Source: Catajapyx aquilonaris
Taxonomy: Eukaryota
DNA length: 52,803 nt
Direction of reading: 5' to 3'
NCBI GenBank assembly: GCA_000934665.2
Contig: KZ537972.1
Span: forward strand, 186,001 to 238,803
The notes beneath the pieces are model-generated. The model worked only from the letters and a program-made list of their open reading frames with translations. It was not told the DNA's origin and did not search any database. The position numbers and the translations under genes were made by a program. Positions 27,301 through 37,444 of the stretch are shown in pieces. Numbering within the stretch: the stretch's first letter is position 1; the number at the start of each line of letters is the position of its first letter.

Positions 27301-29620
27301 ACTAAAGCCAAAACAAGTTGTGAAACGTAAGCATAAGACTGCAGAGAAGTTCACCAACCTCATCCATGAGTTGCATAGCCTTCAAAGTGCATAGGAGATT
27401 CAGAAGGGGAAAAAAAAGAAGGATGACATTTGTTTTGTAGAAACGGAAAAGCTTCGACTCTCACATAAAGCATGATTAACAAGTACATGTAGATATGAGA
27501 GAAATAAATAAATTTGAACGGTTACATGCACTGTCCCTGACTCTATTTTTGTATTGTACGTACCAACATTTTCTTGTTAGTTATTTGTAATAAGAGCTGT
27601 TACGAAATGTGGGCAATTTTATATTGTGAACTTAAAAACAACCCTGAGACGTTTCGCTGCTCTTTTCACTGGAACTGACTAACCTGCTTCAGGTGATTCT
27701 TGAGTAAGGTTCCTTCGGGTTCAGGTAAAGGTGGAATTTCTTCCCCGTACGACGGAGGGTGGATCTTATTCGAGTCCAGATCAATAAGCCATATATCCTC
27801 TGGTAGTCTGAATGTTTGTAAATATTATTTCAGGCATTTGGTCAGAATATGCGATGGTCAAAATTTAATTACATAAAAATTCAAAATTGAGGTGAAGTCC
27901 CCCACCATAAGCTCGTACCTGAACTGCTTTTTGTACATCAAAAAACTGGCTGGTATTCCAATAATGTATGGAGTCGGCGCAAGAAGTAACTGTAATCAAA
28001 ACAGACAACTCCTATATGCTCTCATCATCTCAGATATCCTATTAAAATTGTTTAAAAAAACCACACTTACTTGTTCCGCACAGCTCATACATGTAGGCAA
28101 CAGTGGAATGACAGGAAACATGTACTCTAGGGGGTAAAGCATTGTGACAAAAGCCATCACAGACATTGAAAGTGCGTTGTAGTCGCGCGACTGCATCACC
28201 AACTTGTTTTCCAACAAAATCAGAATGAGGACTTTGAGGCAGGTGTCCACCCCTAGTAACTCTAAGGGGAGATGAAGAGGAAAGTCAACCAAAGAGAAGC
28301 GAGTGTGGTCTGGAAGAGCAAATGCCAACGGAGGATGAATATTGCTACTGAGAACGTCCACCTGGAAAAGACAACAAAATGTGAAGATTTTTATCCAAAA
28401 TTATAAAAGTGGGAATAAAAATTTACTTACTTCCACTTTGGTTTTACCAGGCACAGATACAGGAGCGCTAAGTAGCCTCAGAATCCACGTCTCGATTTCT
28501 TTCACGTCATGCATGACGATGCTAAGTGACCCGTCATATCCTTTACCGGTTAAAACGCTCCACACGCTTTCCCTGAGTTTAATAAATAGTGAGTGTCTAT
28601 CCAATTTTATGGCGTTTACAAAAAAAAATAACTTACCTAGAGTTCTGTTTGGAAGCACCAACTTTTTTGGGAGAGGAATTTTCATTGCAAGCGTCGATAA
28701 GTCGCTTCAGAATGAACAAGCATTCTCGAAACGTCGAAAAGAACGGGTGATGTGACAATATACACAGTGAGGTCAGAGAGTGATTCCGGATCCTCTGTAA
28801 AATTCAATTCGAATTTTTTTCAAAAATTAAATGGCCGGTTTTCTTAGGCAAAAATCGACACTTACGTTTCTTTTCCTACTGGCTCGAGGTGACGGCGAAT
28901 GCGATCCCCCACTGTCGGAATCATTATTGAAAGGTGCATTGACAGCCAGCCTGCTTGTCCCATGTGGTCCAGCAGCCTCCGAGTCCTTCCTGCTGCTTGG
29001 ACAATCCCTGTCCGAGTCACTAGGTGCAATATTGCTACGATGATCGCTGAAGTCAAGAGAGACACCCTTGTCATTCATCTGTCTGAAACACCAGCCCCTT
29101 TAATTGTCACTACTGTTTCTACGAGAGCCTTTGCAAAAAAAAAACACACCTGGAAAATGCAGAGTCTGAGCTCTTCTCCATACTCTTCCTCCAGGACTCC
29201 CTCCTGAATGTGGACCTTTCTTTCCTACCTCCTCCACTAGGAGTCACCTTTTCCACCGGACGGTAGAAATTGACACAAACCCCATATCTTAACTTGCCTG
29301 GAAAAGAACTTCACTTGAATCATCTGCCATAATTAATATTATGGAAAAGACGAACCGGAATCTTTCTCAGTAAGAGTGAAGACGAAGGAAGTGGCCTCCC
29401 TGAGTGCTGTTCTTTTAGGTCCGACCGATACGCAGCCTTCTGGCTGGCAAAAGTAGACCATGTCCAATGGCAGCGGAAAGTCCTTGTGGTCATCTGGAGG
29501 ATACCTTCTGAGCAACTCCGGGGGTTGGATGGTGGCGTTTCTGCTTGGAACCCTGGTGCCAACCACTGTTAGGTAGTCGATCAATCGGGGGCAGAAGAAT
29601 TTCTTCTGTATGTCACACAT
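15367..29620 (-). CDS. MADD: MAP kinase-activating death domain protein / Rab3 GEF (DENN domain), multi-exon
   Basis: ORF pieces match [51 protein letters not shown] (uDENN), [28 protein letters not shown] (DENN), [77 protein letters not shown]. Last exons read by hand with GT-AG ends and consistent phase: 16427-16499 ([24 protein letters not shown]), 15905-15951 ([16 protein letters not shown]), 15367-15498 ([18 protein letters not shown]..stop). An in-frame upstream ATG at 29680 could add 20 aa. Confidence 0.96.
15555..15646. repeat. ~92-bp palindrome in the last MADD intron (collapsed MITE or hairpin RNA)
   Basis: GTTCACACGGGCGTC/GATGCCCGTGTGAAC and GTTGGGATCCACCAATCAGC/GCTGACTGGTGGATCCCGAC around a 6-nt loop. 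Confidence 0.85.
17517..17531 (-). CDS. MADD: Candidate 15-nt MADD microexon (SEPNY)
   Basis: Minus strand reads tacttttcag|AGTGAACCAAACTAT|gtaagtg. Phase 0-0, inside the phase-0 intron between ANSK and FFVRLD. Confidence 0.55.
27359..27379 (-). CDS. MADD: Candidate 21-nt MADD microexon (AMQLMDE)
   Basis: Minus strand reads ctttgaag|GCTATGCAACTCATGGATGAG|gttggt. Phase 0-0, inside the unusually long 1.2-kb intron between HLKQ and ALASMSM. Confidence 0.5.
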
Positions 29621-31542
29621 GATCGGCTCCTTCTTCTTCTTTTTCTTCGGCTTATTGTTGGCGTCCTCCTCCGGTTGCATTTAGCCGCCGTTGATGGTCT
29701 CCAACCAGGTGAAGAACAAGTGCTGGTTGGTGTTGGGCGGTGACCCTGATGGAGGTCGAGGCATCTTGGAAATCAGCTGCAGGTTGTTGGACAGAAGGTC
29801 ATGGCTTCTATAGTCGAAGCCAACTGCTGGAAAATTATGTGACTCTGATCGTTCTGCTACGTGCGCAGTTGTGACATATATTACATCATATGACCCAGAT
29901 CCCATCGTATATTACAGTCTACACTATTTTTCAACAAATTCATGCAGAAAATCACGTCACAAACCTACACGAACTGGGAATTTACATTACATCATAGCTC
30001 ACCCCCCCCCTTCCCCAATCCCAAAATAGCCATAATTTGATACCTGCTCTACATGACCTCCCTTTGACATTAATTTACCCAATAAGTCCTCCAGCTCTTT
30101 CCCAGGACCTAAAAGTGGTTTCTGCTGACTTGCACTTCCAACTAGATCCAGTTTGTCTGCTGCATAGAAAGGAAAAAAAAAAACTATGCTTCTCTGCACA
30201 TGCTCACCGAAACTGGGACTTTATTGATTGAAGAAGAGGGGTAGGGGATGGTCTAGTAGGGGGTGGGGGGGTTGAGTTTGCTGGGGAAATCGATACATAA
30301 AACCTGGTGGTGCAAGCGATTCACACAGACCCGGATTTCCACGCAGAACCCATCTTGACCTCTAATTTCTTTACGTATGACCTTTCGACAATGTATGAAT
30401 AGAAAACCTCAATTTTCAGGGAAGTTGATAGAGACGTTATCGCATCCTGTCAGCCATAGTGGTAATACACTATAGATAAGGTGGTATGCTGAATATTATT
30501 TTGTAAATTGTAACTGGTTACAATCTATATAGAAAGGTATGTACTCGAGTTATTTTTTGAAGCTTACTTCATCTTTATCCGTTTCCTTATCAACATTAGA
30601 TAATATTATCGCTTAAATCCACCAACGAAGGACAGGCTCTAAAAATTAATTTAAAACCGCCAACTTGTTGAAACCAGTTGATGTTGCAACCTCTGTACCA
30701 ATACTCCGACCTTCCATCCGTATAATCCGGTAAACTAGTTCGAGTCGGACATGGGGATGGCCTAATTCTCCATTTAGGTCTAATTAATGCGCATTAATTT
30801 GCATCAGCTCATTCGCAAAAAAACACTGTCTGTGTGCCTATTGATTCTGGCTTTTTTTTAAAAAAATGATGTATGTGCTCAGTATTACGCACAACAACAC
30901 ATGTCGCCACGTAATTGTCGCACCTGTACGTACCTTTAGCAGCAATGTGAAGTTTGACGCGTACTCTTCCAGCACTTCCACATCCCAACTGCAGCTGTAC
31001 TTTGCCAGCACAACCTACTACATAGAATGGGGGTGGCAGGTGGGGGGGAATTGAGGTCTGGGGGGTGGAAAAAGGTGCGGGGGAGGAGGTGGGGGTGGGG
31101 GGATCACACAGATGTGGTTTTTATACTAGTACGCCTAACATATATAATACCTAGTTATATTAAACTGCAGTTTACTACACCCAACAGTGTACGTAAAATT
31201 TATGACCTTGAGACTATCTTCATCCGGGGTCCTATCCCTCGCAATCAATGGCTGGAGGCAATGTCGGAGAGAGGTGGTTGCTATGACGACATCCCTCCCC
31301 CACCATCCAGAATGAAAAAAAAAAAGGAGATCTGGTGCTGGAAGATGTTTTACGCCCAGGAGGAATTATATTTTAGGGGTGGAAGCGTAATCTGGAACGA
31401 CCGCCCACCTGTTTGAAGGGGAAATGGTCAAAGTTCCGGGGGGACGAGTATAGACCACATGCGAATTCATTCATTATGCAGATTTCAAGAGGGAAATGTG
31501 ATCAGAAAATAATATTCAGGGGGTCCAAAAATGGGATTAAGA

Positions 31543-31812
31543 TGACGTCAAAATCTGTCCAAGAACGTGGTAAGCCAATAAAAACAGCGTCGTTAAAATA
31601 TGTCCACGATCAAAAAATGATTAAAAAATAATGACGTCACAATCTGTCCACGAATTAAGTCATAAAATAATTTTTTTTACAAACAATGACGTCAAAATAT
31701 GTCCAAAAATGGAAGAATCAAATTTTTAAAAAACGTCAAAAATAAGTCCAAGAATGGAGTAATCAGATTAAAAAATAAATTAAAAATAATGAAGTCAAAA
31801 TGGAGATCTACG
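31543..31812 (+). repeat. Degenerate array of six TGACGTCAAAAT(C/A)TGTCCA-like motifs with variable A-rich spacers
   Basis: Copies start at 31543, 31588, 31632, 31687, 31731 and 31790. Confidence 0.8.
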
Positions 31813-33270
31813 AACAAATTATACTGACTGTGAGTAGTGCCCAAACATTCACTAGGATTTGCATATTTGTCAAAAACATTCAATAGTGTTAGTGCAAAAT
31901 ATTTCCAGGGAGGACCACCATATCTGATCCTTCGTAATGATTTACTGGTAACTTCATACGATAGATAGTAATTAAGGCTAAAAAAGTGGTGACGTGCAGG
32001 GTGATCGCCTGACATCAGCCCACCCCCAACTTTTCCATTCACCTGTGCTCTAATTATTCATGGAAACCATATTTCCGGTGTATGACGAACCAGGCGTACA
32101 AAATAATTTCGTTTAATTTATTCATAGGGTGGGAATCAATTGGCGCCCAGCAGTATTACCGGAAATGAAATAGAGCGAAAGGATGACGTCATCTGATCGA
32201 TCTTATAGCCATTTTTTAAAATATAATCGATTCTTTTCCAAGCAGTATCCTGCAGACCCCTTGAAAATTTGTGTCGATAAAAAGTACGGATTATAATGTA
32301 TCATTTCGTGTGACTCTAGGCGGTTGTAAAACTTTACGTCTGAGAAATTTCGGAGGGGAGTTACCATGAAAATGCGTGTTGGCTGCGAGCTTTACGAGCG
32401 TGTTAAATGTAATGGCGATTTTTTTGGGTGCAGAGGACATGCCAAATCGTTCTTTTCAAAGCGGCTTAGCCATTAAAGGCTGGGGACTCATGGGGAAGTG
32501 CAACTAAACGCTTTCCACGCTTAAGTTCTTTCCTGTGCTGTGGGTTACTATGACATGTGCTGCACTCTAGTACACAGCATGAATCCGCAACTACGTAGCA
32601 CTGATATGCGAGGTTATGAACTCAGTCAATTTTAGCACTATGATGCAATTATCTGGGGATATGTTAGAGTGCTTGACTTCAATGGGTACATACTACGTGA
32701 TCGTGTAATTGCAAATGCATGGGTACTACAGATTCGACCTTTCATGGTGATGGTATTAATGGCTGATGAAAAGTATAGCCAGGCCACTCAGTCCGCTAAT
32801 GGCTTAGTTATAATTGAATTGTGAGTGTAAATTAAGGCAGGTTAATGCATCGTACACATAGTTTACTCGACAGTGTTGTGAACCTGTTTTTAGAGTTTAA
32901 TATTTGAAATTGGTGTTAGCTGATTGCGTTAGTGTAAATTAAATTACTTGATCAGTGTTTCTGAAATCCCTGAGAATCGGTATAGAGTAGGATTATTGTG
33001 ATTTGCGATTGACATTTACATGCGAAGGAGATGATCATTTTTTATTATTATAATTGTTGTTGTTATTATTTAATTATCATCATCATTATTACAGTATTAG
33101 TGTAGTTTTGAAGCTCCCGCTTCCTTCAGTCCGTCCACTCGAACGCACCCGAGAATATATTGTGAATGGACATGAAGCGGCGGTCGGAATGACGACGAGC
33201 CTTTGAACAGCTTTGAACACCGCAAGATGGCTGCCACCTGTCTCAACTTGTTTAACCTTTGACCTTCTAT

Positions 33271-33436
33271 TTCATCCCGCAGCTTCTGGACCTGCTGTGA
33301 TTCCTCAGGTAAGGTGCGGCAGGACATGACCAGGGGCAAAGTGAAACATCTGCCAGTAATATCCTCCTGTTTTGTCCAAATGTAATTTCTTGTCGCATGC
33401 ACTTGTTGCGAGCGGATAAACCAATCAAAAGGCAAT
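33271..33436 (+). ncRNA. Candidate orphan Sm-class RNA (spliced-leader-like) or U5 3' remnant
   Basis: CAG|GTAAGG donor (33308/33309) inside a hairpin, Sm site AATTTCTTG (33384-33392) identical to U5's, 3' hairpin, and a 3' box 15/15 identical to U1's. No convincing PSE upstream. Confidence 0.3.
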
Positions 33437-34256
33437 TATCAAATAACTAAGGTCGGGAATGACCTGCGAGGGTGACAGCTCTATGCTGACCTGGCATGCG
33501 TGTCATCTGACTTGGCAATTAATCGCACATCGAGTTAGTAAGTAATTAACTTAGTTTACGATTCATTCCTTCATGTCAAGGTCACGAGCAGTGCGAAAAT
33601 CGGGCAACCCGCCACACAGCTTATTAGATTATTCCCCATATTTATGTTATTCTTTATTTTAATTCATTTCTCTGCGTGCATTTCAGGCTGAATGAGAGTA
33701 AAACATCTGTAGCCACTGATCAAGATGGTGCTCAGCCAGTCGACTCAGGTATTGTTTTATCATCATGGTTCTCCCTTCTGGAAAATTAAACTGGCCAGCA
33801 ATAATTTTGTTACATGAACAATAATTTTAGCTAGGCTATACTTATGCATTCATACGGGTTAATTCTGAATATGAAATCATAATTTCTATTGGCATCTATT
33901 TTCTTGTAGGCCTACCAGGTCTTACTTTCCCGATTTCAAACATGCCGATTGCTCAAAAACTGTGAGGGATAGAAATAATTTGCTAACATTTCATTTGAAA
34001 TCAGCGTTGTTTCCAACCTAGATTCTGCTAATAATATGATCATACAGAATGTTATTTTATTTTTCCTTGTACGTATGGCATATCTCTTCTTCCTGTAGGA
34101 CTGTAGGACTCAATCAGGACATCCCCAAAACTAGTAGGAGAAGACTCGGGGTAAGGAAAAGGACATGGCAGCGCTCATGTGGACAAGTACGCACGTGACG
34201 AGACTAACACGTTATTCGGAAGTGACGGTATTGGACGCAAATAAGTAGCAAAGGGG

Positions 34257-37221
34257 ATGGACGATTCGAAGTGTAGTCATCGCGGGTCAAGTGGAGGTGG
34301 GCCGGAAGGAGCTGGGGATGCAAGTGGGACAGACTCCTCAAGGCAGCAGCATCGTCAGATGAGGGTTTGGAAGGAGATGCTCTATTCTGCTAACTCCCTA
34401 CGTGAAGCGGGAAAATGGATCGAGGCTTTAGCATTCTACAGGACAGTGTTGGTGAAGGAGGAAAAAGTGTTAGGTTACGACCACCCGGACACTCTTCGGA
34501 CAAAGAATGACATAGCAGTGGTGCTGTGCAACCAAGACAATTACGACGAAGCCTTGCCAGTATTCAGGGAGGTTTTGGATAAGCAGGAAGAGGTGTTGGG
34601 TCATGATCATCCTGACATTCTTCAGACAAAGATGAACGTGGCCCTAGTGTTAGGTGAACAAGGACATTACGACGAAGCCTTGGGGGCATACAGGGAGGTT
34701 TTGGATAAGAGGGAAAAAGTGTTGGGTCATGACCATCCTGACACTCTTAGCACAAAGAATAACATAGCAGGAGTGCTGTTCAATCAAGGAAATTACGACG
34801 AAGCCCTGCGGGCATACAGGGAGGTTTTGGAGGAGAGGGAAAAAGTCTTGGGTCATGATCATCCGGACACTGTTAGGACAAAGAATAACATAGCAGTAGT
34901 GCTGGGCAATCAAGGAAATTACGACAAAGCCTTGCGGGCATATACATGGAGGTTTTGGAAAATATGGAAAAAGTGTTGGGTCATGACCATCCTGACACTC
35001 TTAGCACAAAGATGAACATGGCCAGCGTGTTAGATTATGACCAAGGCAAGTACGATGAAGCCCTGCGGGCATACAGGGAGGTTTTGGAGGAAAGGGAAAA
35101 AGTCTTGGGTCATGACCATCCGAACACTCTTAGGACAAAGAATGACGTAGCAGGGGTGCTGGGCAATCAAGGAAATTTCGACGAAGCCTTGCGGGCATAC
35201 AGGGAGGTTTTGGAGAAGAGGGAAAAAGTGTTGGGTCATGACCATCCTGACACTCTTAGGACAAAGAATGACATAGCAGTGGTGCTACGGAATCAAGGAA
35301 ATTACGACGAAGCCTTGCGGGCACATAGGGAGGTTTTGGATAAGAGAGAAAAAGTGTTGGGCCATGACCATCATGACACTCTTAGCACAAAGCATAACAT
35401 AGCAGTGATGCTGTGCAATCGAGGAAATTACGACGAAGCCTTGCGGACATACATGGAGGTTTTGGAGAAGAGTGGAAAAGTGGGCCATGACCATCCGGAC
35501 ACTCTTAGCACAAAGATGAACATGGCCAGCGTGTTAGATGACCAATGCAAGTGCGATGAAGCCTTGCGGAATTACAGGGAGGTTCTGGATAAGAGGGAAA
35601 AAGTGTTGGGTCATGACCATCCGGACACTATTAACACAGAGCATAACATAGCAGTGGTGCTACGGAATCAAGGAAATTACGACGAAGTCTTGCGGGCATC
35701 ATGCAGGGAGGTTTTGGATAAGAGAGAAAAAGTGTTTGGTCATGACCATTCGGGCACTCTTAGGACAAAGAATAACATGGCCAGCGGGTTAGATGACCAA
35801 TGCAAGTACGATGAAGCCTTGCGGAATTACAGGGAGGTTCTGGATAAGAGGGAAAGAGTGTTGGGCCATGACCATCCGGACACTCTTAGCACAAAGAGTA
35901 ACATAGCAGGGGTGCTGTACAAACAAGGAAATTACGACGAAGCCTTGCGGGTATGCAGGGAGGTTTTGGAGAAGATGGAAAAAGTGTTGGGCCACGACCA
36001 TCCTGACACTCTTAGCACAAAGATGAACATGGCTCTACTGTTACATGACCAAGGCAAGTACGATAAAGCCTTGCGGATTTACCGGGACGTTTTGGAAAAT
36101 AGGGAAAAAGTATTGGGTCATGACCATCCAGACACTCTTAGCACAAAGAATAACATAGCAGGGGTGCTACGCAATCAAGGAAATTACGACAAAGCCTTCC
36201 GGGGATACAGGGAGGTTCTGGAAAATATGGAAAAAGTGTTGGGTCATGACCATCCTGACACTCTTAGCACAAAGATGAACATGGCCAGCGTGTTAGATGA
36301 CCAAGGCAAGTACGATGAAGCCTTGCGGAATTACAAGGAGGTTTTGGAGAAGAGGGAAAAAGTGTTGGGTCATGACCATCCGGACACTCTTAGGACAAAG
36401 AATAACATGGCCTACTCGCTAGGGCAACAAGGGAAGCACAAGGATGCCTTTAGTGTTTACCGTTGGTTTAGTTTACCGGGACGTTTTGGAAAATAGGGAA
36501 AAAGTATTGGGTCATGACCATCCAGACACTCTTACCACAAAGAATAACATTGCAGGGGTGCTACGGAATCAAGGAAATTACGACGAGGCCTTGCGGGCAT
36601 ACAGTGAGGTTTTGGATAAGCAGGAAAAGGTGTTGGGTCAAGACCATCCTGACACTCTTAGCACAAAGAATAACATAGCAGTGGTGCTACGGAATCAAGG
36701 AAATTACGACGAGGCCTTGCGGGCATACAGTGAGGTTTTGGATAAGCAGGAAAAGATGTTGGGTCATGACCATCAGGGCACTCTTAGGACAAAGAGTAAC
36801 ATAGCAGCCTGGGTGTTGGGCAGTCAAGGAAATTACGACGAAGCCTTGCGGGCATACAGGGAGGTTTTGAATAATCAGGAAAAAGTGTTGGGTCATGACC
36901 ATCCGGACACTCTTAGCACAAAGAATGACATATCAGTGGTGCTACGGAATCAAGGACATTACGACGAAGCATTGCGGGCATACAGGAGGTTTTGAATAAG
37001 CAGGAAAAAGTGTTGGGTCATGACCATCCGGACACTCTTAGCACAAAGAATAACATAGCAGGGGTGTGTGCAAACAAGGAAATTGCGATGAAGCCTTGCG
37101 GGCATATAGGGAGGTTTTGGAGAAGAGGGAAAAAGTGTTGGGTCATGACCATCCGGACATTCTTCGCCTGAAGAGTAATATGGAAGCTGCACAAACGGGG
37201 AGTGAAAAAGGCAAATTCTGA
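34257..37221 (+). pseudogene. TPR-repeat gene (42-aa 'LGHDHPDTL' TPR_10/TPR_12 type, kinesin-light-chain/nephrocystin-3-like repeats), frameshifted
   Basis: ORFs 34257-35015, 34946-36496 and 36444-36995, plus further units ending at TGA 37219-37221, all encode the same 42-aa repeat. Frame breaks near 34945, 36465, 36985 and about 37070-37090. TPR identity is certain; pseudogene versus assembly error is unresolved. Confidence 0.8.
34460..37165 (+). repeat. 126-bp tandem repeat, about 22 units (coding TPR array)
   Basis: Recurring ggaaaaagtgttgggtcatgaccatcc(g/t)gacactcttag...ggaaattacgacgaagccttgcgggcatacagggaggttttgg at about 126-bp period; 22 G(H/Y/Q)DH motifs counted. Confidence 0.95.
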
Positions 37222-37444
37222 ATTCTTAGGAGGTTATTTAAAAGGCAACAGCGACTTTCATTTTCATTTACATTTAACTAGTAATTGGATAGCGTGACGT
37301 TATTTTTTAAATTACCTGAATGATTTTCGGCACTGAACGTGGCGAGAATGATCATCAAGTTACTTGCCTGTATGGTACAATTATTGTAACAAATGAAATC
37401 AATAATTAACGTAATTTCTCTGATTTATTCCAACCAACATAGGT

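Noticed and set aside
31543..31812. CRISPR-like repeat-spacer pattern
   Set aside because: Eukaryotic context, no cas genes, degenerate repeats, and low-complexity spacers of irregular length that resemble each other.
33095..33145. PSE for the orphan Sm-site element
   Set aside because: Only CTCCCGC and CGTCCA partially match; the AGGGG..CGAGC half is missing.
34650..37192. Repeated minus-strand ORFs (QNLPVCPQGFVVISL...)
   Set aside because: Antisense shadows of the 126-bp TPR repeat.
34257..37221. True kinesin light chain or nephrocystin-3 orthologue
   Set aside because: No N-terminal coiled coil, about 22 homogenised intronless units rather than about six divergent TPRs, and no NTPase domain seen.
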